Part shown: in pieces, positions 36,402 to 46,113 of the stretch
Layout: each line of letters opens with the position of its first letter
Position numbering within the stretch: the stretch's first letter is position 1
Source: Bacteroidaceae bacterium
GTDB lineage: Bacteria > Bacteroidota > Bacteroidia > Bacteroidales > Bacteroidaceae
Length of the DNA: 64,000 nt
Assembly (NCBI GenBank): GCA_045661225.1
Contig: JAZRFF010000028.1
Span: forward strand, 22,524 to 86,523
Direction: 5' to 3'
Notes under the pieces: generated by a model
The model's database searches: none
Seen by the model: the letters and a program-made list of their open reading frames with translations, nothing else
Told to the model about the DNA's origin: nothing
Program-made: the position numbers and the translations under genes

Positions 36402-37096
36402 TGTCTGGGAACAAGAAACTGAGCATAAGGGATTGGCCTGTCGAGAACCGTCCGCGAGAGAAGGCTATTGAACACGGTGTTTCAACGCTGAGCAAGGCTG
36501 AACTGTTGGCAATACTCATTGGCAGTGGCAATGACGAGGAGAGTGCTGTAGAGCTTATGCAACGCGTGCTTGCGTCGTGCAACGACAGTATTGCGGAACT
36601 CTCGCGTCTTTCATACGACGACCTGTGCCTGTTTAAGGGAATTGGTCCGGCAAAAGCCATTGCTATTATGGCTGTGTGCGAACTATGGAAGCGCCGCGTG
36701 AGTGATGAGCGTTCGACGTTGGCTCGCATAACATCGCCTAAAGCTTTGTACGACTATTTTCACCCGATATTATGCACCTCTACGGTAGAGCAGTGCTATG
36801 TGTTGCTCCTCAATAATATGAACAGGGTCATAGATTGTGTCAAGATAGGGTCGGGAGGCTTTACGGCTACGGTTGTCGACATAAGAATGGTGGTGCGTGA
36901 GGCGCTCCTGAAGCGTGCAACAACAATAGCGCTCTGTCATAACCACCCGTCGGGGTGTGTGAGTCCGAGCGGCGAGGACGACAGGCTTACAGCCAACCTT
37001 TCCGAGGCTTGCAAGGTTATGAATATACGTCTGCTCGACCACATAATAGTGACTGACGGTGATTATTACAGCTATAACAACGAGGGCCGTTTGTAA
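36401..37096 (+). CDS. radC: RadC-family JAB/MPN-domain protein (UPF0758)
   Basis: 231 aa. N-terminal HhH region (ELLAILIGSG), KGIGPAKA, and the JAMM motif ALCHNHPSG. Confidence 0.85.
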   Translation: MSGNKKLSIRDWPVENRPREKAIEHGVSTLSKAELLAILIGSGNDEESAVELMQRVLASCNDSIAELSRLSYDDLCLFKGIGPAKAIAIMAVCELWKRRVSDERSTLARITSPKALYDYFHPILCTSTVEQCYVLLLNNMNRVIDCVKIGSGGFTATVVDIRMVVREALLKRATTIALCHNHPSGCVSPSGEDDRLTANLSEACKVMNIRLLDHIIVTDGDYYSYNNEGRL

Positions 37097-37111
37097 TACG
37101 GTAAAAGAATT

Positions 37112-37423
37112 ATGGAGAAGATAGAATTAGAAGAGAAAATCGTTGAGATGATAAAGACGGTGTACGATCCTGAGATTCCCGTCAACATATATGACCTTGG
37201 GCTTATATACCGCATTGAACTTAAAGAGGATAATTCGGTAGATATTGATATGACGCTCACAGCGCCAAACTGTCCTGCAGCCGACTTTATGATGGAGGAC
37301 GTGAAAATGAAGGTCGAGGCTATCCAGGGCATTACGGCTGTTAATCTCAATCTTGTTTTTGAACCGGAATGGAGTCAGGACCTTATGACCGAAGAGGCTA
37401 AACTGGAATTGGGACTTCTTTGA
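37112..37423 (+). CDS. DUF59 / SufT-like metal-sulfur cluster assembly factor
   Basis: 103 aa. VYDPEIPVNIYDLGLIY ... DMTLTAPNCP is the DUF59 signature. Confidence 0.75.
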   Translation: MEKIELEEKIVEMIKTVYDPEIPVNIYDLGLIYRIELKEDNSVDIDMTLTAPNCPAADFMMEDVKMKVEAIQGITAVNLNLVFEPEWSQDLMTEEAKLELGLL

Positions 37424-37446
37424 ATTCAAGTTCAAACACTGCTGCT

Positions 37447-38211
37447 ATGAAAAAGATATACTTCCTGTCCGATGCACATTTGGGTTCGTGGGCTATCGAG
37501 CATAGTCGTACGCACGAACGTCGTTTGGTGTCGTTTCTCGACAAAATAAAAGACGAGGCTTCGGCTGTATATATGCTTGGCGATATGTTCGATTTCTGGT
37601 ACGAGTTTAAATACGTTGTTCCCAAAGGTTTTACACGTTTTCTGGGCAAGGTGGCCGAACTTACGGACAAGGGGGTCGAGGTGCACCTCTTTACCGGCAA
37701 TCACGACTTGTGGTGTCTCGATTATTTTGAGAAAGAGTGCGGAATGGTGCTGCACCGCAAGCCTTGTCTTGTGGAGTTGTACGGCAAAGAATTTTATCTT
37801 GCGCACGGCGATGAGTTTTCGGCCGAGAGGGGGTTCCGCTTCCTGCGCACAGTGTTCCACAACAGGTTCTTGCAGTGGGCTTTTTCTACAATCCATCCGC
37901 GTTGGAGTGTGTGGCTGGGCAACAGCTGGGCGCGCCATAGTATGATAAAGCACAAGGTAAAGGGTGACACTCCCTTTAAAGGCGCTGACAACGAAGATTG
38001 TGTAAAGTTTGCAAGAAACTATCTGCTGTCGCATTCATCGGTCGATTGCTTTATCTTCGGGCACAGGCATATAGATGAGGATATTCCGCTCGATGGCGGC
38101 TCGCGTTGTATATTCTTAGGCGACTGGATAGGGACATTCTCGTACGTGGTGTTCGACGGCAAGAGTATTGAACGTAAGTATTACGTCGAGGGAGAAAGTA
38201 AGAACTTGTGA
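37447..38211 (+). CDS. lpxH: UDP-2,3-diacylglucosamine diphosphatase (LpxH-like calcineurin-type phosphoesterase)
   Basis: Start at M10 (MKKIYFLSDAHLG). Metallophosphoesterase motifs GDMFDFW, GNHD and GHRH. Confidence 0.7.
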   Translation: MKKIYFLSDAHLGSWAIEHSRTHERRLVSFLDKIKDEASAVYMLGDMFDFWYEFKYVVPKGFTRFLGKVAELTDKGVEVHLFTGNHDLWCLDYFEKECGMVLHRKPCLVELYGKEFYLAHGDEFSAERGFRFLRTVFHNRFLQWAFSTIHPRWSVWLGNSWARHSMIKHKVKGDTPFKGADNEDCVKFARNYLLSHSSVDCFIFGHRHIDEDIPLDGGSRCIFLGDWIGTFSYVVFDGKSIERKYYVEGESKNL

Positions 38212-38229
38212 GTCCAGACTTTATGGGAT

Positions 38230-38270
38230 TATACGTTTAACGGCGGGCAATGCCCGCCGTTAAACGTATA
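38230..38270. terminator. Bidirectional terminator between convergent lpxH and the TolC-family gene
   Basis: 41-nt perfect palindrome TATACGTTTAACGGCGGGCA-a-TGCCCGCCGTTAAACGTATA. Confidence 0.7.
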
Positions 38271-38311
38271 TATCAAGTTCTTGTTGTGTCTAATAGAGTG
38301 CTTCTGTGGTT

Positions 38312-39559
38312 TTACTCGCTTATAGGCATTGTGCCGAACTCTAATCCGATTCCCGTAGCACGTTGTAGTTCGACCCACGCTGCTGCTTTACTGTAGAGTG
38401 CTTCTATATACTGACGGCGCATCTCGCTCTCATCGCGCTTTACAATAAGGTAGTCTATAAAGGGTATTTCGCCTAACTCGTAGGCTTTTTTCTTGCTCTC
38501 TACAATACTGCTCATATCGGCAAGCATCTTTCCCGAAAATGTCTCGGTCTGCTTTATGGCATACAGGTAGCTGTTGTAAGCCTGCATTACATCGGCCTCG
38601 ACAAGCAGGCGTGCTTCGTCAAGCTCCAGGTTTGCCTGGCGTGTGAGAATCTCATCGGCTATTCGAGCGCCCTTGTTCAGGTTCGAGAATTTCAATGGCA
38701 TTGCAACGCCTGCCTTTATGGTTGTGAAATTAGGTTCCGCCCAATTGTATGCAGCGCCAATCTTTACATCTAATTCGGGGCGACGTTGCGCCTTGTTCAA
38801 ACGCTGTGCGGCTTCTGCGGCATCGACGCGACTCACTGCCACGGTGATGTCGGTGCGGTGTTCAAGCGCGTTGTTGATATAGTGCTCTATTGGTGCTACC
38901 TCCTCGCCGGTCTCTAAAGTGCCGGTTCCGCGCAGTTGTGCAGCGTTCTTGAGGCTGCCCATAAAATATCCCAATTTAATTGCGCTGTTGCTGCACTCGG
39001 CCTCGGTGGCGAGCATCGTGTTGCGGGCAATGCCCATTGCCATTCGGCTCTCCAGCCAGTCGCTCTTGGCAATATCGCCGCGAGTGTAGCGTACACTGTC
39101 ATTGTCGGCAACCTCCTTGAGGTCGCTGTAAATATCATAACTTTCGTTGTGTAGCATACAGGCACGAAGGTGCTCGAGATAGGCTATTGTGGCATCGGCG
39201 CGGAAGTTACGCATATACTCATTCAGCAGGGCAACGGTGGTCTTTCGCTCGCTGTCGCTCATATGTATGCGACTGCGGCGTACGCCGAATGTAAAACTTC
39301 TGCTGAGTTCAACCTCTATGCCTTGTCCCATATTTTTGCTCCAGTCCTCGTTGTTGCTGTATGTAACAGCGATGGTGGGGTCGTTATATACCTTTGATGC
39401 TTTATGACGCGCATCGGCAATCTCAATGTCGAGTTTTTTTGCGGTGAGCGAGATGTTGTCTTTCATCACGCGCTGCATATACTCTCCGTATGAGATATTT
39501 TGTGCTACTGTTGTGAGCGTTATAACGATAAGGGTTGTTAAAAGAAGTGTTCTTTTCAT
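38312..39559 (-). CDS. TolC-family outer-membrane protein (orphan: no adjacent MFP or pump)
   Basis: 415 aa. Signal peptide (TLTTVAQ) and OEP-like duplicated repeats. It lies 42 nt downstream of the nucleotidyltransferase gene on the same strand. Confidence 0.7.
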   Translation of the reverse strand: MKRTLLLTTLIVITLTTVAQNISYGEYMQRVMKDNISLTAKKLDIEIADARHKASKVYNDPTIAVTYSNNEDWSKNMGQGIEVELSRSFTFGVRRSRIHMSDSERKTTVALLNEYMRNFRADATIAYLEHLRACMLHNESYDIYSDLKEVADNDSVRYTRGDIAKSDWLESRMAMGIARNTMLATEAECSNSAIKLGYFMGSLKNAAQLRGTGTLETGEEVAPIEHYINNALEHRTDITVAVSRVDAAEAAQRLNKAQRRPELDVKIGAAYNWAEPNFTTIKAGVAMPLKFSNLNKGARIADEILTRQANLELDEARLLVEADVMQAYNSYLYAIKQTETFSGKMLADMSSIVESKKKAYELGEIPFIDYLIVKRDESEMRRQYIEALYSKAAAWVELQRATGIGLEFGTMPISE

Positions 39560-39601
39560 TTTATTCTTTTTAAATAGGTGTCGTTGTCTTTTGCGGTTGG
39601 G

Positions 39602-41038
39602 CTATTCGCTCTTTACTGTAAGCCCCATTGCTGTAGCCTGTTCAAGGATAAACGCCTTTGCGGCATCGTGCTCGTTGGGAATAATGCCGTCGAGGATAGC
39701 GTCTTTTACTGCGCTCTTTAAACGTCCGACCTCGGCGCAAGGGCCTAACCCGAATAGTTGCATAATCTCCTCGCCGTTCACGGGCGGCTGGAAGTTTCTA
39801 ATACGGTCTTTCTCTTCAATGTCCTTTAGCTTTTGGCGTACAATTTGGAAATTGTTTAGAAACTGTTTCTTGCGCACCTCGTTTTTCGACGTAATATCGG
39901 CCTCGCATAGCAACATAAGGTCGTCAATGTCGTCGCCTGCGTCGAACAGCAAACGTCTCACGGCCGAATCGGTAACTTCGTCGTCGGCAATAACTATGGG
40001 GCGCATATGCAACGACACGAGCTTGGCAACGTATTTCATCTTCTCGTTCTGTGGCATTTTGTAATCGCGGAACAGCTTGAGCGTCATTTTTTCGCCCACT
40101 ATATTGTGGTTGTGGAAAGTCCACTTAAGAACCGGGTCCCATCGCTTGGTTCTGGGTTTGCCAATGTCGTGCAACAACGCTGCCCAACGCAACCACAGGT
40201 TGTCGGTCTTCTTGGCGATGTTGTCAAGAACTTCAAGTGTATGGTAGAACATCTCCTTGTGGCTGTGTCCGTTGCGAGTATCGACGCCTTGCAGGGCTGT
40301 GAGTTGCGGGAATATAATCTCGAGCAGTCCGCAGCGGTCAAGTTCTATAAAGCCTTTCGATGGAGTGGGCGAGAGCAGAATCTTGTTCAACTCGTCGTTG
40401 ATTCTCTCTCGTGAGATAATCCTGATGCGCTCCTTGTTGTCGCATAGAGCCTGAAAGGTCTCCTCTTCGATATAGAAATTCAACTGTGTCGCGAATCTTA
40501 TGCAACGCATCATTCGCAACGGGTCGTCGCTGAATGTTATTCCCGGCTCGAGCGGAGTGCTTATGATACGGTCCTCAAGGTCGAGCATTCCGTCAAAGGG
40601 GTCGACAAGCTCGCCCAGCCTATGTGCATTCAGGCATATAGCCATTGCGTTTATGGTAAAATCGCGACGATTCTGGTCGTCCTCAAGTGTGCCGTCCTCG
40701 ACAATGGGGTTGCGCGAGTCGTGGCTGTAGCTCTCCTTGCGAGCTCCCACAAACTCAATCTCGTGTTTGCCATACTTTACTTGCGCTGTACCAAAGTTTG
40801 CATATACCGACAAGTGTGCTCCACGTCCCAGTCTTTTGCTGAAAGCGCGCGCCATCTCAATGCCCTTTCCAACAACTACTACATCAATGTCGGTCGATGG
40901 GCGCTCGAGGAATATATCGCGGACGTATCCTCCAACAACGTAGCACTCCATTCCCAAACTGTCGGCAGTCTCGGTTATTTTACGGAATATCGGGGTGTCA
41001 AGCAGTTTGCATAACTCCTCTTGTGTCGGTTTGTACAT
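39602..41038 (-). CDS. tRNA nucleotidyltransferase (CCA-adding) / poly(A) polymerase-family protein with an HD domain
   Basis: 478 aa. GGYVRDIFL..PSTDIDVVV head-domain motif, RDFTINA, and an HD region (LLHDIGKP). Confidence 0.75.
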   Translation of the reverse strand: MYKPTQEELCKLLDTPIFRKITETADSLGMECYVVGGYVRDIFLERPSTDIDVVVVGKGIEMARAFSKRLGRGAHLSVYANFGTAQVKYGKHEIEFVGARKESYSHDSRNPIVEDGTLEDDQNRRDFTINAMAICLNAHRLGELVDPFDGMLDLEDRIISTPLEPGITFSDDPLRMMRCIRFATQLNFYIEEETFQALCDNKERIRIISRERINDELNKILLSPTPSKGFIELDRCGLLEIIFPQLTALQGVDTRNGHSHKEMFYHTLEVLDNIAKKTDNLWLRWAALLHDIGKPRTKRWDPVLKWTFHNHNIVGEKMTLKLFRDYKMPQNEKMKYVAKLVSLHMRPIVIADDEVTDSAVRRLLFDAGDDIDDLMLLCEADITSKNEVRKKQFLNNFQIVRQKLKDIEEKDRIRNFQPPVNGEEIMQLFGLGPCAEVGRLKSAVKDAILDGIIPNEHDAAKAFILEQATAMGLTVKSE

Positions 41039-41183
41039 AGTTTATTGCTGTTAACAGTTTTTTCTGTGTAAAGATACTTATTTTCGGTCTACAAACGAAG
41101 GTACAATTATTAAAAACTTCTCTTTTGTGTATTATAATGCAAAAATAACTCTTTTATAACGGTATTAAAATGATAATTAGTTG

Positions 41184-41191
41184 TATTTTTG
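41184..41191 (+). promoter_or_regulatory. Putative -7 box for the hypothetical lipoprotein gene
   Basis: TATTTTTG, 27 nt upstream of the ATG at 41218. Confidence 0.45.
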
Positions 41192-41217
41192 TCTTGTACG
41201 AGTAATAATATATTAGT

Positions 41218-42063
41218 ATGAGAAAAATTGATTTTTTGCCGTTGATTCTCCTGTCTGCGGCTTTACTCCTGTCGTGCGAAGGTAGGGTTGAACAACCTGC
41301 TCGCGATATTCTTGCCGGGGTACGCAGCCAATTAGAGGCCGGTAACTACAATAGTGCGAAAATACTTATTGACAGCATTAAACGTGCTCACCCAAAGGCC
41401 TATAAAACCCTGCTCGAAGCCGAGACGTTGCGTCGCGAGGTGCTTGTGAAAGAAAAAGAGCGTGATGTTGCCTTTTTCGATGAGGAACTCAACCGTTTGC
41501 TTGCCAAACGCGACGCTATGCTTGAGTCCTTTGTCTACAGCAAGAACTCAAAGTATCAGGACGTGGGAGTATACTCTTTACCGTCACAGGCAATAAGCGC
41601 TAATGCGCACAACTGCTTTCTGCGCGCGACGGTCAACGAACTGGGCGAGGCGTTTATCACCTCGTACTACCGCGGGAAACGCATTGGCTACAAGAGTGTG
41701 TGCGTGAGAAACGGCGAATCGTATGTTACGGCCGAGAACGCACTCTATTCGTGGACAGGAAAGGAGTTTGGTGTTTATGTGGAGCGTCGCGACTATAAGC
41801 GCGGCAACGATGGTGGAATAATGGAGTTCGTGGCTTCGGCGGGCAACGCGCCTCTTACTGTTGAACTTTCGGGTGCTAACGGCAGTTATAGTTACACCTT
41901 GCGCGAACAGGACGCACAGGCTATTGCGCAAGTTGTTGCGTTGTCCGATGTGCTTATTTCCATTGCCGAATGTCGTTCAATGCGCGATTCGGCGCAATAC
42001 TCACTCGATTTTCTTCTCAAAGGCGAGCAACGTCTCAAACGCGATACTGTAATTGTAGAGTAA
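41218..42063 (+). CDS. Hypothetical lipoprotein
   Basis: 281 aa. Lipobox LLLSCEG. I recognised no family. Confidence 0.5.
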   Translation: MRKIDFLPLILLSAALLLSCEGRVEQPARDILAGVRSQLEAGNYNSAKILIDSIKRAHPKAYKTLLEAETLRREVLVKEKERDVAFFDEELNRLLAKRDAMLESFVYSKNSKYQDVGVYSLPSQAISANAHNCFLRATVNELGEAFITSYYRGKRIGYKSVCVRNGESYVTAENALYSWTGKEFGVYVERRDYKRGNDGGIMEFVASAGNAPLTVELSGANGSYSYTLREQDAQAIAQVVALSDVLISIAECRSMRDSAQYSLDFLLKGEQRLKRDTVIVE

Positions 42064-42133
42064 AAGCAGCAATCTTTGTATAAATATTTTATCGCATCTG
42101 TTTTTCAGAACACAAAGTATAGTCTTTATAAAA

Positions 42134-42170
42134 ACATTAAAAGCTCCGCCGACGGCGGAGCTTTTAATGT
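42134..42170. terminator. Bidirectional terminator (lipoprotein gene / ackA)
   Basis: ACATTAAAAGCTCCGCC-gac-GGCGGAGCTTTTAATGT (17-bp stem), with T-runs on both strands. Confidence 0.75.
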
Positions 42171-42186
42171 TTTTATGGTTGCTCTT

Positions 42187-43392
42187 TTACTTGAGGCCCT
42201 TTACAATCTCGTATGTGTCGGTAGCAATCATAAGCTCCTCGTCGGTGGGGATAAGGAGTACTTTCACGCGTGAGTCGGGAGTTGAGAGCACAGCCTCTTC
42301 GCCACGCATCTTTGCGTTAACCTCCTTGTCAAGCTCGACACCCATAAACTCAAGGCCTTCGAGTACGGCTTCGCGGCAGTCTGCCTGGTTCTCGCCTACA
42401 CCGCCGGCAAAGATAATAACATCGACACCACCCATTGCTGCGGCGTATGCACCGATATATTTCTTAATGCGGTAGAAGTACATTGTGTTCGAGAGCTGTG
42501 CGCGCTTGTTGCCGTCTGTGGCAGCTGCGTTAACCTCACGCATATCCGATGACACGCCCGAGATTCCTGCAACACCTGATTTTTTGTTCAAGAGGTCGCT
42601 TATACCTTGAATGTCAAGACCTGTCTTTTCCATAATGTATGGGAGTGCGCCCGGGTCAACATCGCCACTGCGTGTGCCCATCATAAGTCCCGCAAGCGGG
42701 GTCATACCCATTGATGTGTCGACGCTTTTGCCATCTTTTACGGCTGCTACCGAGCCGCCGTTGCCAATGTGGCAGGTGATGATTTTGCTGCCTTCGGCGG
42801 GAATGTTTAACATCTCAAGCGCGCGCTTGGTAATGTAACGGTGCGATGTTCCGTGGAAACCGTAACGACGCACGCCGTATTTCTCGTACAGTTCGTAGGG
42901 GAGTGCGTACATAAAAGCGTAGTCGGGCATTGTCTGGTGGAACGATGTGTCGAACACGCCAACCTGTGGAATGTGTGGAGCAACAGCCTTTACAGCGTTC
43001 ACGCCCTTGAGGTTTGCGGGGTTGTGAAGCGGTGCAAGGTCGTTGCACGCCTCGAACACCTCGAGAACCTCGTCGGTGAGCAATGTCGACTGGCTGAACT
43101 TCTCGCCGCCGTGCACCATACGGTGACCTACAGCGTCAATATCCTCGATAGAGTTTACAACACCATACTTCTCGCTTGTTAGAATGTCGATGATGAGGCT
43201 GACGCCGGTTGTGTGCTCGGGAATAGCGGTGAAGATAGTCTCCTTTTCACCATTGGGAAGGTTGAACTTGAGGAATGAACCCTCGAGACCAATCTTTTCA
43301 ATACCACCCTTTGCAAGTACGGTCTTTGTCTCAATATCGAACAACTGATATTTAATTGATGAACTTCCGCAGTTCAATACAAGAATCTTCAT
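42187..43392 (-). CDS. ackA: Acetate kinase
   Basis: 401 aa. MKILVLNCGSSSIKYQLF, HRMVHGG, GFHGTSH and CHIGNGGS motifs. Confidence 0.95.
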   Translation of the reverse strand: MKILVLNCGSSSIKYQLFDIETKTVLAKGGIEKIGLEGSFLKFNLPNGEKETIFTAIPEHTTGVSLIIDILTSEKYGVVNSIEDIDAVGHRMVHGGEKFSQSTLLTDEVLEVFEACNDLAPLHNPANLKGVNAVKAVAPHIPQVGVFDTSFHQTMPDYAFMYALPYELYEKYGVRRYGFHGTSHRYITKRALEMLNIPAEGSKIITCHIGNGGSVAAVKDGKSVDTSMGMTPLAGLMMGTRSGDVDPGALPYIMEKTGLDIQGISDLLNKKSGVAGISGVSSDMREVNAAATDGNKRAQLSNTMYFYRIKKYIGAYAAAMGGVDVIIFAGGVGENQADCREAVLEGLEFMGVELDKEVNAKMRGEEAVLSTPDSRVKVLLIPTDEELMIATDTYEIVKGLK

Positions 43393-43418
43393 TTTGGGAA
43401 TGTTTTTAAAGTTTTTGC

Positions 43419-44429
43419 TTATTTCTTTGCTGCAATAGCCTGGTTGGCTGTAATTGCAATCATCATATATACGTCCTCAACCGAGCAACCGCGTGAAAGG
43501 TCGTTTACGGGGCGCGCGATACCCTGAAGCACGGGACCGATAGCCTCGGCGTGTCCAAGGCGCTGAACGAGCTTGTAACCGATGTTTCCTGCACCAAGGT
43601 CGGGGAATACAAGAACATTGGCCTTGCCGGCAACGGTTGAACCCGGAGCCTTGCTCTGTCCTACGAAGGGTACAAGCGCAGCGTCAGCCTGAAGCTCGCC
43701 GTCGAGCGCGAGGCTGGGGTCGAGCTCGTGTGCAAGCTTTGTAGCCTCGGTTACCTTGTCAACCATTTCGTGCTTAGCTGAACCTTTGGTCGAGAAACTG
43801 AGCATTGCCACGCGTGGTTCCTCAAAGCCACCAATGGCTTTTGCTGTCTGTGCTGTGCATACAGCAATCTGTGACAGTTGGTTAGCATCGGGTTGTGGGG
43901 TTACTGCAACGTCAGCAACAAAAAGCACGCCATCTTCGCCATACTCCTTGGCGTTGGTGATGAGCATCATTGCTCCGCTGACACAGGTGATGCCCGGAGT
44001 AGTCTTGATAATCTGCAATGCGGGGCGCAGCACGTTACCTGTTGTGTTTTGTGCACCGGCAACCTGACCGTCGGCGTCACCGTTCTTGATGATGAGGCAA
44101 CCAAGGTAAAGCGGGTTGCAAACGAGTTTCTGTGCATCTTCCATTGTCATACCCTTTGACTTACGCAATTCGAAGAGGAGAGTTGCGTATTTTTCGGCGT
44201 CGGGGTTGTTGCAGGGGTCGATGATTGTAGCCTTCTCAATGTTTGTGAGGCCGTTCTTTTGAGCAAGAGCAAGGATTTCCTCCTTGTTGCCAAGAATTAC
44301 CAACTCTGCGATACCGTCGGCAATGGCCTTGTCGGCTGCCTTGAGGGTACGCTCCTCTGTTCCTTCGGGAAGAACGATGCGCTGCTTGTTCTTTTGTGCG
44401 CGCTCGATTAGATTCTTAATAACATCCAT
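43419..44429 (-). CDS. pta: Phosphate acetyltransferase
   Basis: Start at M47 (ATG 44427-44429; MDVIKNLIERAQKNKQRIVLPEG). The Pta catalytic domain ends ...SRGCSVEDVYMMIAITANQA. The 46-codon upstream extension was rejected. Confidence 0.9.
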   Translation of the reverse strand: MDVIKNLIERAQKNKQRIVLPEGTEERTLKAADKAIADGIAELVILGNKEEILALAQKNGLTNIEKATIIDPCNNPDAEKYATLLFELRKSKGMTMEDAQKLVCNPLYLGCLIIKNGDADGQVAGAQNTTGNVLRPALQIIKTTPGITCVSGAMMLITNAKEYGEDGVLFVADVAVTPQPDANQLSQIAVCTAQTAKAIGGFEEPRVAMLSFSTKGSAKHEMVDKVTEATKLAHELDPSLALDGELQADAALVPFVGQSKAPGSTVAGKANVLVFPDLGAGNIGYKLVQRLGHAEAIGPVLQGIARPVNDLSRGCSVEDVYMMIAITANQAIAAKK

Positions 44430-44598
44430 AGTTGTTGTAATATTTGATTGTAACTTTTGTTGTCGTTTAACTGTCTGTGGAATGTCATCACGCAGGCATT
44501 GTGTTGCCAAACAATGCAGGGGTAGAGTCGGGCGGCAGAAATTGTCGGGCGACAACCGGTGCGGCAACTTTTGGGGCGGCGCCCCTTGTTTATATCTG

Positions 44599-44606
44599 CA
44601 AAGTTA
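44599..44606 (-). promoter_or_regulatory. Putative -7 box for pta-ackA
   Basis: TAACTTTG on the minus strand, about 170 nt upstream of the pta ATG. This implies a long, rather GC-rich leader. Confidence 0.35.
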
Positions 44607-44729
44607 CTCTAATCTGCGAGCAGAACAAAATAAAAGCAATTTTATTTCTTAAAATTGTACGCGCGTGCGTAAAAAGCTATGCTTGTATCGCTGTGTTACG
44701 TCTGTTTTTCATTATCTTAGCGGTTGTTT

Positions 44730-45587
44730 ATGACAGTTATGCCCGACATTGAATATAGTAATGCGCCTTGTGCCGCTTTGTTGCCGCAGCTAAAGTTGCT
44801 GTGGCGCTCCGTCTTTGGCGATAGCGAGGAGTTTGTTGAGGCTTTTTTTAATTGTTATAATGTGTGCGACGTTGCTCACACTCTTACTGCGGGCAATGAG
44901 GTTGTTGCGATGCTTTATGCGCTTCCTTGCTCGATAGAGTGTGATGGGGCAATTCTCCCGGCGGCCTATTTATATGCTATTGCTGTGCGCGAGGATTATC
45001 GCGGGCGCGGGCTTATGCGTCAGCTTGTGGAACGGAGCGAAGCTTCGTTGCGTAGCAGTGGCGTGCGTGCGACATTGCTTGTGCCGGCCGATGAGGGGCT
45101 TTTTGCTCTTTACGAGCGGTTGGGGTATAGTGTGTGTGCTCGGCGCGAGATTCAATCCCTCGCGTTGCGGGATAGTGTTTCTCGCGGTCTTGTGGTTGAA
45201 AAGGCTACGCCCGATGAGGCTGTTTTTGCCTTTGTGCAGGCTCTGTCGCTGCGTCGCAGTGGAGCGGTGGTGCACACTGTTGAAACTTTATCGCTTAACT
45301 TGTGCGACTGTGAAATGTCGGGTGGCGGACTGTTTGTGGCGCGTGTCGGCAGTGACATTGAGGCGGTGGCTTTTGTAGCTGTCAGGGCAGGCCGACCGGT
45401 GGTGCTTGATGCTTTTGGCGGTGTCGATGCTTGCGAGGCTTTGCTGTGCGGTGTGGGGCGTTTGCTTGCGGCGGGTTCGTTCGATGTGTGTCGGCCCGGT
45501 GCCGGTCGTCCATTTGCGATGGTGCACCGTTTCGACGATTGTCCGGTTTTTACCGAATTGAAAGCGCAAATGATGCTCGATGTTTGA
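44730..45587 (+). CDS. GNAT-family N-acetyltransferase with a C-terminal extension (Eis-like layout)
   Basis: ATG at 44730. Acetyl-CoA motif AIAVREDYRGRGLMRQLV. Ala/Arg/Val/Cys-rich. GC is clearly above its neighbours. Confidence 0.55.
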   Translation: MTVMPDIEYSNAPCAALLPQLKLLWRSVFGDSEEFVEAFFNCYNVCDVAHTLTAGNEVVAMLYALPCSIECDGAILPAAYLYAIAVREDYRGRGLMRQLVERSEASLRSSGVRATLLVPADEGLFALYERLGYSVCARREIQSLALRDSVSRGLVVEKATPDEAVFAFVQALSLRRSGAVVHTVETLSLNLCDCEMSGGGLFVARVGSDIEAVAFVAVRAGRPVVLDAFGGVDACEALLCGVGRLLAAGSFDVCRPGAGRPFAMVHRFDDCPVFTELKAQMMLDV

Positions 45588-45641
45588 ATCTTAGAGTAAA
45601 TTTGATTACTTTAGCGTCCTGAAGATAATAATATTGCGATT

Positions 45642-46058
45642 ATGATATTTACAAAAAAGATTTTACAACTGTTGCCTGCGCTCGCGTTTCTCGTTGCTTG
45701 TGGCGGTGGCGAACCGCTCGACAACAGGCAACCCGCCGAGGTCGCAATGCAGGTTTATGCTTTTATTGCCTCGGGCGAGGCCGGAGTGGTTAAGCAGGAT
45801 ATATATTTCCCAAATGACGATGAACGTGAAGTCTTTGAACGCTATCTTTCAATAGTGGAGGCTTCGGGTGGCTATAAACCCGGTTTCTCAAGGGTTGACT
45901 ATGAATTTGTTTCCGAAGAGGTAAGTGGCGACACTGCTGTAGTTGAGTTTAGAGGGGTGAATGCCTTTGATAAAACCTCGACGGTTGAGGTGAAACTTAT
46001 TAAAGTCGATGGTGCCTGGAAAGTCGATGGGTCGCAGGCTATATTGCACCGTAAATGA
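45642..46058 (+). CDS. Small lipoprotein, DUF4878-like (NTF2-like fold)
   Basis: 138 aa. Lipobox FLVACGG. The C-terminal pattern GDTAVVEF...VEVKLIKVDGAWKVDG is typical of DUF4878. Confidence 0.5.
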   Translation: MIFTKKILQLLPALAFLVACGGGEPLDNRQPAEVAMQVYAFIASGEAGVVKQDIYFPNDDEREVFERYLSIVEASGGYKPGFSRVDYEFVSEEVSGDTAVVEFRGVNAFDKTSTVEVKLIKVDGAWKVDGSQAILHRK

Positions 46059-46060
46059 TA

Positions 46061-46106
46061 ATATAAACACTCGCGGCAGCCGGTCGGCTGCCGCGAGTGT
46101 TTATAT
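46061..46106. terminator. Bidirectional terminator (DUF4878 gene / hisS)
   Basis: 21-bp perfect stem ATATAAACACTCGCGGCAGCC-ggtc-GGCTGCCGCGAGTGTTTATAT. Confidence 0.75.
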
Positions 46107-46113
46107 GTGACTT

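Noticed and set aside
44430-44567. 46-codon N-terminal extension of pta. Similar extensions occur on korA (26282-26332), susC (22886-22924), the MFP gene (34550-34612), rpsO (12151-12225), the fur-family gene (49979-50059) and nhaC (13914-13964).
   Set aside because: Homologous proteins begin at the internal Met (for example MDVIKN..., MADERK..., MKLLKS... with a signal peptide). The extensions lack signal or family features and run through promoter-like sequence.
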